From positions 1 through 13,544 of the forward strand of contig CAYWGS010000036.1 in NCBI GenBank assembly GCA_964457525.1: a stretch of DNA of 13,544 nt, read 5' to 3'. This stretch comes from an uncultured Erysipelotrichaceae bacterium (GTDB lineage: Bacteria > Bacillota_I > Bacilli_A > Erysipelotrichales > Erysipelotrichaceae). Shown here piece after piece: positions 1 through 6,495 of the stretch; positions within the stretch are counted from its first letter, which is position 1; each line of letters opens with the position of its first letter. The translations under genes were made by a program, and so were the position numbers. The notes beneath the pieces were generated by a model, which saw only the letters and a program-made list of their open reading frames with translations, did no database searches and was not told where the DNA came from.

Positions 1-22
1 ACTTATATATGTAATTTCAGAG

Positions 23-31
23 TGATATAAT
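23..31 (+). promoter_or_regulatory. Candidate sigma-A extended -10 promoter for the MBL/glyoxalase unit
   Basis: TGaTATAAT (TG 23-24, TATAAT 26-31) matches the extended -10 consensus exactly. The only -35-like hexamer is a weak TTATAT at 3-8 (17-nt spacer). It lies 69 nt upstream of the ATG at 100. Confidence 0.4.
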
Positions 32-99
32 TAATCAAGTATACGGAGATTAAAAAAAGAGAGATAAAAAATCCTAATCATATATGGAGGTAAAGTATA

Positions 100-807
100 A
101 TGCCAATAAAAATAGACTACTTAGGACATAGCGGATTCTTTGTTGAGAATGAAAGTTCAATGTTACTGTTTGATTATTATTATGGAGATCTTTCATTTTT
201 AGAAGAGAAACTAGATGAAAAACCTCTATTTGTATTTTCAAGTCACGCTCATGGAGATCATTTTAACCCTGAGATATTCACAATCGTAAATAAACATAAG
301 AAAACAAGCTATCACTTATCGTTCGATATCAAAGGTAAACCAACAGTTCCAAATAATCTAAATATTCAATATTTGGATGTAGATAGAACTTATGAAATTG
401 AAGATCTTGGTATAGTGAAAACACTTCAGTCAACAGACGAAGGTGTTGCATTTCTTATCAAGACATCAGATGAAACACTGTTTTATGCAGGAGATCTTCA
501 TTGGTGGGATTGGCCAGGTGAAGATCCTGATTGGCTCACGGAACAAGAATCTGTTTTCAAACGAGAGATAGGCAAAATTAAGAATGAAAGTATTGATATT
601 GCATTTGCGGTATTAGATAGCCGCTTAGAAGATAATTATGCTAAGGGGATGACGCATATCTTATCAGAATTACATCCACGATATGTTTTACCAATGCATT
701 TTTGGGATGATAGAAGCGTTGTGGAACGTTTTAAAGAACGATCAGAAAAAAAGGGATTGGATACAATCATACTAGATACGACAAAAGAAACCCATTGGGA
801 ACTATAG
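100..807 (+). CDS. MBL-fold metallo-hydrolase (Zn-dependent hydrolase of the beta-lactamase fold)
   Basis: 235-aa ORF with GGAGG at 86-90, 9 nt before the ATG. Carries the HxHxDH metal motif (SSHAHGDHF), an N-terminal YLGHSGF strand and later conserved D/H residues (AGDLHWW, PMHF). Confidence 0.85.
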   Translation: MPIKIDYLGHSGFFVENESSMLLFDYYYGDLSFLEEKLDEKPLFVFSSHAHGDHFNPEIFTIVNKHKKTSYHLSFDIKGKPTVPNNLNIQYLDVDRTYEIEDLGIVKTLQSTDEGVAFLIKTSDETLFYAGDLHWWDWPGEDPDWLTEQESVFKREIGKIKNESIDIAFAVLDSRLEDNYAKGMTHILSELHPRYVLPMHFWDDRSVVERFKERSEKKGLDTIILDTTKETHWEL

Positions 808-825
808 AAATAGGAGAAACAAATT

Positions 826-1194
826 ATGAAATTTAAAATGATTCATGAGAATTACAATGTGACTGATCTTGATCGTTCATTATCGTTTTACGATCAAGCG
901 CTTGGACTTAAAGAAAAGCGTCGTAAAACTGCTCAAGATGGGTCTTTCATTATTGTGTATATTGGAAATGAAGAAAGTGAATTTGAACTAGAGTTGACTT
1001 GGCTTAAAGATCATCCTCAAGCTTACGATATCGGTGAAGAAGAATTTCATCTAGCGTTTAAAACGGATAATTTTGAAGCTGCACATGAACTTCATGAGAA
1101 AATGGGATGTATTTGTTTTGAAAATCCATCAATGGGTATCTATTTCATACAAGATCCAGATGGATACTGGTTGGAAATTATTCCAACTCGTTAA
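826..1194 (+). CDS. gloA: Glyoxalase I / lactoylglutathione-lyase-type VOC protein (short single-domain type)
   Basis: 122-aa ORF with GGAG 9 nt upstream. The four metal ligands sit where they do in E. coli GlxI (H5/E56/H74/E122): H7, E56 (LELTW), H75 (FHLAF), E117 (WLEII). Also has the DPDGYWLE C-terminal motif. Confidence 0.8.
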   Translation: MKFKMIHENYNVTDLDRSLSFYDQALGLKEKRRKTAQDGSFIIVYIGNEESEFELELTWLKDHPQAYDIGEEEFHLAFKTDNFEAAHELHEKMGCICFENPSMGIYFIQDPDGYWLEIIPTR

Positions 1195-1325
1195 TATACG
1201 AATGAATAAAAGAAGTAGAAGATTTAATTAGATAGGTAATACTTAAACTGAATTGGGTGAATAATCCATGAATGTGCAGAATTTTTTGAGATTGAAACGA
1301 ATATAGATTCAAAGGGAGTCGTAAA

Positions 1326-1685
1326 ATGGATACTATAGTAATGAATCATTTATCAAAAACCTACCCAAATGGAAAGAAAGCGACCGCAAGCAGTTATCAT
1401 GCCTTCAAACTACAAGGACTAGAATTACCACAAATTAATGATTACAGTATAGTCACAAACTTTAATAAAGAACCAAAGTGTATTATCCAAACTAAAGAGA
1501 TATTAATCTTACCTTTTAAGGAAATGACTTATGATATCTGCAAACTAGAGGGAGAAGATGATTCCTTAGAATCTTGGAGAGAAGGTCATATTCGCTTCTT
1601 CTCACATGAGGGAAAAGAACTCGGTTATGAATTTAATGAAGATATGTTTGTTGTATTTGAAATCTTTGACTGTGTTTATCAATGA
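1326..1685 (+). CDS. ASCH (PUA-like) domain protein, possibly 5'-truncated
   Basis: 119-aa ORF with GGGAG 8 nt upstream. Motifs GKKATASS, EGEDDSLESWREGH and FFxxE...EFNEDMFVVFEIF match the ASCH family as I recall it. Family members usually carry about 25-30 more N-terminal residues. Confidence 0.75.
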   Translation: MDTIVMNHLSKTYPNGKKATASSYHAFKLQGLELPQINDYSIVTNFNKEPKCIIQTKEILILPFKEMTYDICKLEGEDDSLESWREGHIRFFSHEGKELGYEFNEDMFVVFEIFDCVYQ

Positions 1686-1715
1686 TGTATTAGAGTTGTA
1701 CTAATCATGAAATTA

Positions 1716-1741
1716 GTTTATTGTGTGATTAAACAATAAAC
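1716..1741. repeat. Perfect 9-bp inverted repeat (GTTTATTGT-n8-ACAATAAAC) between the ASCH and DUF4256 genes
   Basis: Arms at 1716-1724 and 1733-1741 are exact reverse complements. The repeat is AT-rich and has no trailing T-run, so it looks more like an operator or a weak stem-loop than a terminator. Confidence 0.3.
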
Positions 1742-1761
1742 CTTATGAAAGGAATATTTCT

Positions 1762-2322
1762 ATGCAAAAAAGAACACTTAATTCATCTGAACTCAAGGAA
1801 TTACTTGATAAACTTGAAGCACGGTTTAAGAAGAATCTACATCGTCACCAAGAACTCAAATGGGAAGAAGTCAAAGAGAGACTTCTAAACCATCCCGATA
1901 AATGTTGGTCCTTAAATGAGATGGAAAGAACAGATGGCGAACCGGATGTGATTGGAGTAGATCCTATAACGAGTGAACTTGTCTATGTGGATTGTTCCTC
2001 AGAGACACCAAAAGGGCGTAGAAGTATTTGTTATGACCAGGTTGCACTGGATGCACGTAAAGAAAATAAACCGAGTGATAGTGCAATGAATATGGCGCAA
2101 AATATGGGGATTGAACTACTTGATGAAGACCAATATCGTCACTTACAAACCTTAGGTGCATTTGATTTAAAAACATCAAGTTGGGTCAAGACACCGATTG
2201 AGATTCGTCAACTAGGGGGTGCCATCTTCTGTGATCGACGATACAATACGGTATTTACTTATCATAATGGGGCTGATTCCTATTATGGAGTACGAGGATT
2301 TAGAGGAATAATAAAGATTTAA
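1762..2322 (+). CDS. Conserved protein of unknown function, DUF4256 family
   Basis: 186-aa ORF. From memory it matches DUF4256 proteins end to end (WSLNEMERTDGEPDV, SPKGRRS-CYD, KTSSWV, GGAIFCDRRY, GFRG near the C-terminus). No catalytic motif I can assign. Confidence 0.8.
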   Translation: MQKRTLNSSELKELLDKLEARFKKNLHRHQELKWEEVKERLLNHPDKCWSLNEMERTDGEPDVIGVDPITSELVYVDCSSETPKGRRSICYDQVALDARKENKPSDSAMNMAQNMGIELLDEDQYRHLQTLGAFDLKTSSWVKTPIEIRQLGGAIFCDRRYNTVFTYHNGADSYYGVRGFRGIIKI

Positions 2323-2352
2323 GAGTGTTCACTTCACAAGCACTCTTTTTTT
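2321..2352 (+). terminator. Rho-independent terminator after the DUF4256 gene
   Basis: AAGAGTG (2321-2327) pairs with CACTCTT (2341-2347), and the stem can be extended by a G-U and an A-U pair. A T7 run (2346-2352) follows, directly after the stop codon at 2320-2322. Confidence 0.7.
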
Positions 2353-2367
2353 ATCTCTTATATCTAA

Positions 2368-2396
2368 TTGTAAAAATATGATAAACTGAATATAAA
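2368..2396 (+). promoter_or_regulatory. Candidate sigma-A promoter for the GGDEF / pentapeptide / FNR-like unit
   Basis: TTGTAA (2368-2373), 17-nt spacer, TATAAA (2391-2396). It lies just downstream of the terminator and about 28 nt upstream of the AAGGAG-preceded ATG at 2424. Confidence 0.45.
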
Positions 2397-2423
2397 CACT
2401 CAAGATGAGTTAAGGAGTGAAGT

Positions 2424-3986
2424 ATGTTAATAAAACTACTGTCACTATATTTGTTTATCGCAATCTTATTTTTAGCCTTTCTCTTTATTTACTCATTTGT
2501 ACGTGGGAAATCACTCCATGCACGTGTAATGGGTTTATTAAGTTTGTGTCTACAAATCTATTTGCTGGGTTATTTACTCGAATTAAATGTATATACCATG
2601 GAAGATATGTTGTTTTGGAATCAAATCCAATACTTTGGGATTCCGTTTTTCCCAGCTTTATGGCTCTTGGTCAGTTTAGTCTATACAGGAAGACTTGAGT
2701 CACTTAAAGGATATCGTGTAATCATTCCATTTATAATTCCAGTCATTACATTTTTTGTAAGATTAACGAATGATTATCATCATCTGTATTATCAAACAAT
2801 TGAACATCGAGTTATGGGGGATTTTACAGCTCTTTATTTAACCAAAGGTCCTTGGTATCTCGTCCAAGTCATATATGTTTTCATAATTCTGTTTTCAAGC
2901 ACTTACTACTATTATGTTCGATATCGTAAGAGTAGTGGGAATGAGAGAATACAATTTAGTTTATTACTTTGTGCATCTGGACTTACTTATATCGCCTTGA
3001 TTTTGGTGTATTTTAATCTAGGAGGAGTCGGTATTGATTATACTGCAATTATTCTTCCACCTTGTATTTTTCTGATTAATCTTGCACTTACAAAATATAA
3101 TTTTCTAGATTTAAACAACCTAGCCCGTGAACGTGTATTTGAAGATAGTACACTTGGATTTATCTTAATCAATCGACAATATCGGGTTGTGGAATATAAT
3201 AAGCAAAGTGTTAAAATCCTTAGATTTTTAGGTTTTGAATTGAAGGAGACTAACATTTATTCTGTCCTAAAAGAGGATGAGGAAATCAAAGAGTATATCA
3301 AGGAAACAGGTCAACATATCATTCATCGAACGGTAAACAATGAAGATAAATTCATTAACTTGGAAGTTCGTGAAATCATGAATAAAGATGAGGTTGTTGG
3401 ATATTTGTTAACGCTTGAAGATGTGAGTGAACGTGAACGATTACGTTATCGACTTATTGAAATGGCAAATACCGATGTACTCAGTGGATTAAACAATCGA
3501 AGAAAATTCACAGAGAGTGCTGAAGAAGTCATAGCGCGTGCTCTTCGATATGGGCATCCAATATCTCTTCTAATGATGGATATTGACTTATTTAAACGAA
3601 TCAATGATGCTTATGGCCATGCGGCCGGGGATCAAGTTATTCGAGTATTCTCCGACCTTTTAAAGCAGAATTTCAGAAACAGTGATATTATTGCACGTAT
3701 GGGTGGAGAAGAATTCGCTGTCATATTATTCCAATGTGATAAAGAATGTGCGTTTGCGAAAGCTGAACAGTTTAGAGAGAATGTTGAAAGTTATCCGATA
3801 ATTGTGGGTGATCAAATTATCCAAGTGAACGTCAGTATTGGCTTATCTGAATTATCTGAGAGTTCTAACACCTTAGATATATTGTTAAATCAAGCTGACT
3901 TTGCGTTATATCAAGCGAAGGAACAGGGAAGAAATCGAACAATTGCATATCAAGGTGGATTAATAAAGGATGAAAGAAATGCTTAA
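2424..3986 (+). CDS. Membrane-bound diguanylate cyclase: N-terminal 7TM sensor module (HisKA_7TM-like) - PAS-like linker - GGDEF domain
   Basis: 520-aa ORF with AAGGAG 2412-2417. The first ~220 aa hold about seven hydrophobic helices with the YFGIPFFPALWLL..YTG signature. The C-terminal domain has DIDLFKRINDAYGH, RMGGEEF and an RxxD I-site (RNSD) exactly 5 residues before GGEEF, the same spacing as in PleD. Confidence 0.9.
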   Translation: MLIKLLSLYLFIAILFLAFLFIYSFVRGKSLHARVMGLLSLCLQIYLLGYLLELNVYTMEDMLFWNQIQYFGIPFFPALWLLVSLVYTGRLESLKGYRVIIPFIIPVITFFVRLTNDYHHLYYQTIEHRVMGDFTALYLTKGPWYLVQVIYVFIILFSSTYYYYVRYRKSSGNERIQFSLLLCASGLTYIALILVYFNLGGVGIDYTAIILPPCIFLINLALTKYNFLDLNNLARERVFEDSTLGFILINRQYRVVEYNKQSVKILRFLGFELKETNIYSVLKEDEEIKEYIKETGQHIIHRTVNNEDKFINLEVREIMNKDEVVGYLLTLEDVSERERLRYRLIEMANTDVLSGLNNRRKFTESAEEVIARALRYGHPISLLMMDIDLFKRINDAYGHAAGDQVIRVFSDLLKQNFRNSDIIARMGGEEFAVILFQCDKECAFAKAEQFRENVESYPIIVGDQIIQVNVSIGLSELSESSNTLDILLNQADFALYQAKEQGRNRTIAYQGGLIKDERNA

Positions 3987-4614
3987 TTTAGAGAATTTAG
4001 AATTAAAGTCTTTAGAAAAACAAATTTACATAAAGGCAGATGATGATCGTCAAATTCATTTCACAATGTTTCAAAATGAATATTTGAGTGAATATGATTA
4101 TAAACACTGTGAATTTCAAAATGTATTATTTGAGAATTGTATCTTAGATCATGGCTTATTCGATAAATGTAGTTTTATCGATGTGGAATTTAGACAATGT
4201 GATTTATCCAACAGTAGTTTTAAACAAACTTACTTTGAACGAGTTCAATTAAGTGATTGTAAAATTATGGGTGCTGATTTATCAAAATCAATTCTTAAAC
4301 AGGTTAATATCAACCAATCCAATTTACAATATACATTTTTTGAGTATTCTAAAATGAGTGATACAGAGTTTAACCAATGTAATCTGAATGAAACATCCTT
4401 TTCAGAATGTACACTTAAAAAAGTGAATTTTGAAGCGTCAAATTTAGTGCAAACCAATTTCTTTAAAACCTCACTAAAAGGTATTGATATGAGTCGTTCG
4501 ACCTTTATTTATCCAATTGTTTCCAATCAATTGACTGAACTAAAAGGGCTTATTGTGAATTCAAATCAAGCGGTTGATTTAGTTACTTTACTTGGAGTTA
4601 AGGTTAAGGATTAA
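3970..4614 (+). CDS. Pentapeptide-repeat protein, Qnr/EfsQnr/MfpA-like size and layout
   Basis: 214-aa ORF. ATG 3970 (or ATG 3979 with AAGGA 8 nt upstream) lies inside the last codons of the cyclase gene (stop 3984-3986). Residues 47-181 form 27 in-register pentapeptide units, followed by the C-terminal tail LKGLIVNSNQAVDLVTLLGV. Confidence 0.9.
   Translation: MKEMLNLENLELKSLEKQIYIKADDDRQIHFTMFQNEYLSEYDYKHCEFQNVLFENCILDHGLFDKCSFIDVEFRQCDLSNSSFKQTYFERVQLSDCKIMGADLSKSILKQVNINQSNLQYTFFEYSKMSDTEFNQCNLNETSFSECTLKKVNFEASNLVQTNFFKTSLKGIDMSRSTFIYPIVSNQLTELKGLIVNSNQAVDLVTLLGVKVKD
4108..4512 (+). repeat. Protein-level tandem array: 27 consecutive pentapeptide units with no loop insertion
   Basis: CEFQN VLFEN CILDH GLFDK CSFID VEFRQ CDLSN SSFKQ TYFER VQLSD CKIMG ADLSK SILKQ VNINQ SNLQY TFFEY SKMSD TEFNQ CNLNE TSFSE CTLKK VNFEA SNLVQ TNFFK TSLKG IDMSR STFIY. 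The centre residue is always F, L, I or M. Confidence 0.85.
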
Positions 4615-4688
4615 TTCTTTTATGGGCATTTTAGTGTGTAGATAAAATGAATTAAGCTAAACTATATCTTGTGTAAAGGAGAATTCAC

Positions 4689-5387
4689 TTGATAAAGCAC
4701 AGCTTAAAAATTATCGATATCATCGATGAAGGGAATAACACAAAAACATACTTACTAGAGAAACCATCTGACATAGAATGGGAAGAAGGTTCTCATGCAC
4801 ATATTGCGATTAAAGGTTATGATGAACAAGATCCTCCAAATAAAGCCTTAGTTAGACATATGTCTATCATGAGCTTAGCGGAAGAGAATCATATTGGATT
4901 TACGACACGTTTTACGAATCAAGCATCTGAATATAAATCAAACTTAATTAATCATACTGTGGGAGATGAACTCATACTATTTAAATTGGGTTCACGTATG
5001 CGTTTAAGAAGAGAAGATAGGCCTATTGTTTTACTCTCAATGGGAGTAGGGATTGCGACGATGCGTCCGCTTATCTTGTCGTATCTTAAGGATCAAAATC
5101 ATATACCTCAATGTGTTCATATCAATGTGGATGCATTACATCAAATCTATCAAACTGAATTTGATGCATTTAAACATACAGATTTTAAACAAATATGGAC
5201 ACAATCCCGAGTAGAGTATTATCAAAAGCTAACTGAACTCAAATTAGATCATGCGATTTACTATGTAGTTGGAAGTGATGTGTTCTTAAGAACCAATATT
5301 CAGAAATTAAAATCAATGGGTGTATCCATGGAGGATATCATGATTGATAAGAAACCTGGTATATTACAACTTTATTATGAATTCTAA
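4689..5387 (+). CDS. FNR-like FAD/NAD(P)-binding oxidoreductase (ferredoxin-reductase-type two-domain protein)
   Basis: 232-aa ORF with a TTG start preceded by AAGGAG (7-nt spacing). Has an RxxS flavin motif (RHMSI), a GxGxxP nucleotide-binding motif (MGVGIATMRP) and YVVGSDVF near the C-terminus. No terminator in the 74-nt gap after the pentapeptide gene. Confidence 0.7.
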   Translation: MIKHSLKIIDIIDEGNNTKTYLLEKPSDIEWEEGSHAHIAIKGYDEQDPPNKALVRHMSIMSLAEENHIGFTTRFTNQASEYKSNLINHTVGDELILFKLGSRMRLRREDRPIVLLSMGVGIATMRPLILSYLKDQNHIPQCVHINVDALHQIYQTEFDAFKHTDFKQIWTQSRVEYYQKLTELKLDHAIYYVVGSDVFLRTNIQKLKSMGVSMEDIMIDKKPGILQLYYEF

Positions 5388-5414
5388 GAGACTGAAATTA
5401 TCAAGTCTCTTTTT
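5386..5414 (+). terminator. Rho-independent terminator after the FNR-like gene
   Basis: AAGAGACT (5386-5393) pairs with AGTCTCTT (5404-5411) around a 10-nt loop, followed by a T-run to 5414. It overlaps the stop codon at 5385-5387. Confidence 0.7.
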
Positions 5415-5423
5415 ATGTGTGAG

Positions 5424-5432
5424 TGCTATAAT
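5424..5432 (+). promoter_or_regulatory. Candidate extended -10 promoter for the GNAT/NUDIX unit
   Basis: TGcTATAAT (TG 5424-5425, TATAAT 5427-5432) matches the extended -10 consensus exactly, immediately after the terminator. There is no good -35. It implies a very short leader before GAGG 5440-5443 and ATG 5451. Confidence 0.45.
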
Positions 5433-5450
5433 AAAAAAAGAGGTTTATCT

Positions 5451-5873
5451 ATGGAAATCATTCAATTAGGAGCTGAGTATCTAGAAGAGGTCTATGAACT
5501 GAGTAATCAGCTAGAAAATGAACAACTCGATTATGAGGGATTCAAACGTTGTTACTTCGAAATCATGAGTTTAAGTAACCATCTATTATATGGTGTTAAA
5601 AAAGAACGTCTAATTGGCTTTATTCATTTAAGAGTGGAACAACAATTACACCATGCGTCATTGGTTGTAGAAATACTTGAACTTGTGATTGATGACAAAC
5701 ATCGTAGTCAAAAATATGGCAAACGTTTATTGGATTTCGCAGTTAATTACTCCAAGTCAATACAAGCTTCTCATATTGAATTGAGTTCGAACCAATTTAG
5801 AAGACGAGCTCACCAGTTCTATAATCGAGAAGGTTTTATAGAAACTTCGGTTAAGTTTGTAAAAAAATTATAA
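5451..5873 (+). CDS. GNAT-family N-acetyltransferase
   Basis: 140 aa counted from ATG 5451 (AGAGG 7 nt upstream). The tracked start at 5415 sits in the terminator T-run and upstream of the TATAAT, so I moved the start. Acetyl-CoA motif-A-like RSQKYGKRLLDFAV and C-terminal FYNREGF. Confidence 0.8.
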   Translation: MEIIQLGAEYLEEVYELSNQLENEQLDYEGFKRCYFEIMSLSNHLLYGVKKERLIGFIHLRVEQQLHHASLVVEILELVIDDKHRSQKYGKRLLDFAVNYSKSIQASHIELSSNQFRRRAHQFYNREGFIETSVKFVKKL

Positions 5874-5876
5874 TCT

Positions 5877-6389
5877 ATGAAAAATGAAAATATGCGATTG
5901 ATCGAAATAATGGATCATAAAAACTATAATCAAGATTGGCCTATCATTGAGCGAAATGCAGTACGTGCAATCATACGAAACAAGAATAAGATTGCGTTAA
6001 TAAAAAGTTATCGAGAAGGATTTTATAAATTTCCTGGGGGAGGAATAGAAAAAGGTGAGAGTCATATTGACACCTTAATTCGAGAGACTCAAGAAGAAAC
6101 GGGTTTAATCATCCAAGAACACAGTGTAAAGGAACTGGGTTTTTTTGTAGAAAAGCGTAAAAGTTTATTTGAAGAAGCTATTTTCTTACAAAATTCTTAT
6201 TATTATTTAGCAGATGTAGAGGATAAAATAACAGAAACACATCTTGAGGGTTATGAGATTGATTTAGATTATCGCTTAGAGTGGATTGATTTATTAGATG
6301 CGATTCAACTCAATCAAACATATAAAGGATTAGAGTATTCGTTTGTTGAGAGGGAAACGATTGTATTGAATTTTCTGTTAAAAAAGTAA
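5877..6389 (+). CDS. NUDIX hydrolase
   Basis: 170-aa ORF starting 3 nt after the GNAT stop. Complete Nudix box GGIEKGE-SHIDTLI-RETQEETGL (Gx5Ex7REUxEExGU). Substrate not inferable. Confidence 0.85.
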   Translation: MKNENMRLIEIMDHKNYNQDWPIIERNAVRAIIRNKNKIALIKSYREGFYKFPGGGIEKGESHIDTLIRETQEETGLIIQEHSVKELGFFVEKRKSLFEEAIFLQNSYYYLADVEDKITETHLEGYEIDLDYRLEWIDLLDAIQLNQTYKGLEYSFVERETIVLNFLLKK

Positions 6390-6448
6390 TACTTATTGAC
6401 TGCTTAAATGTATTCTTTTGGTTTTAATTCCAACAAATAGTGTACAAT

Positions 6449-6471
6449 ATGAGTTAAGAGAACTCATTTTT
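6449..6471 (+). terminator. Weak hairpin plus T-run: probable terminator of the GNAT/NUDIX unit, or a leader element of the EAL-HDOD gene
   Basis: ATGAGTT (6449-6455) pairs with AACTCAT (6461-6467) around a 5-nt loop, followed by TTTT 6468-6471. The stem is only 7 bp with 2 G-C pairs. It lies 60 nt after the NUDIX stop and 25 nt before ATG 6496. Confidence 0.4.
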
Positions 6472-6495
6472 CATATCATAGAATGGAGATATTAG

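Noticed and set aside
1195-1325. Riboswitch or other structured leader in the longest intergenic gap, and c-di-GMP riboswitches upstream of any gene
   Set aside because: The gap is AT-rich with no conserved-looking GC helices or motifs I recognise. All other gaps are 110 nt or shorter, and promoter, terminator and SD elements already occupy most of that space. An Rfam covariance scan would settle this.
1964-2179. Antisense ORFs inside + strand genes (1964-2179, 3038-3256, 4245-4457, 8297-8527, 8657-8851, all on the - strand)
   Set aside because: Each lies wholly within a well-supported + strand gene with family motifs. Their translations are low-complexity with no recognisable motifs, and none has a visible SD. 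Such shadow ORFs are expected in AT-rich DNA.
2417-2698. 93-aa + strand ORF starting at GTG 2417, overlapping the cyclase 5' end in another frame
   Set aside because: Its GTG sits within the AAGGAG that serves ATG 2424. The 2424 frame continues for 520 aa with clear 7TM/GGDEF homology, whereas this frame gives a Cys/Phe-rich product with no homology.
5415-5450. Longer N-terminal extensions offered by the ORF track (GNAT from 5415, isochorismatase-like from 9767, barstar from 13023)
   Set aside because: ATG 5415 sits at the end of a terminator T-run and upstream of the TATAAT box. The 9767 start lies deep inside the upstream gene, while ATG 9833 has CAGGAG and begins the conserved MKALLVIDVQ. 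The 13023 start precedes the SD that serves ATG 13038, where barstar homology begins.
6396-6401. Consensus-like -35 hexamer TTGACT after the NUDIX gene
   Set aside because: No acceptable -10 lies at 16-19 nt (TGGTTT at 17 nt). It is 41 nt from the TACAAT at 6443-6448, so it cannot be paired into a promoter.
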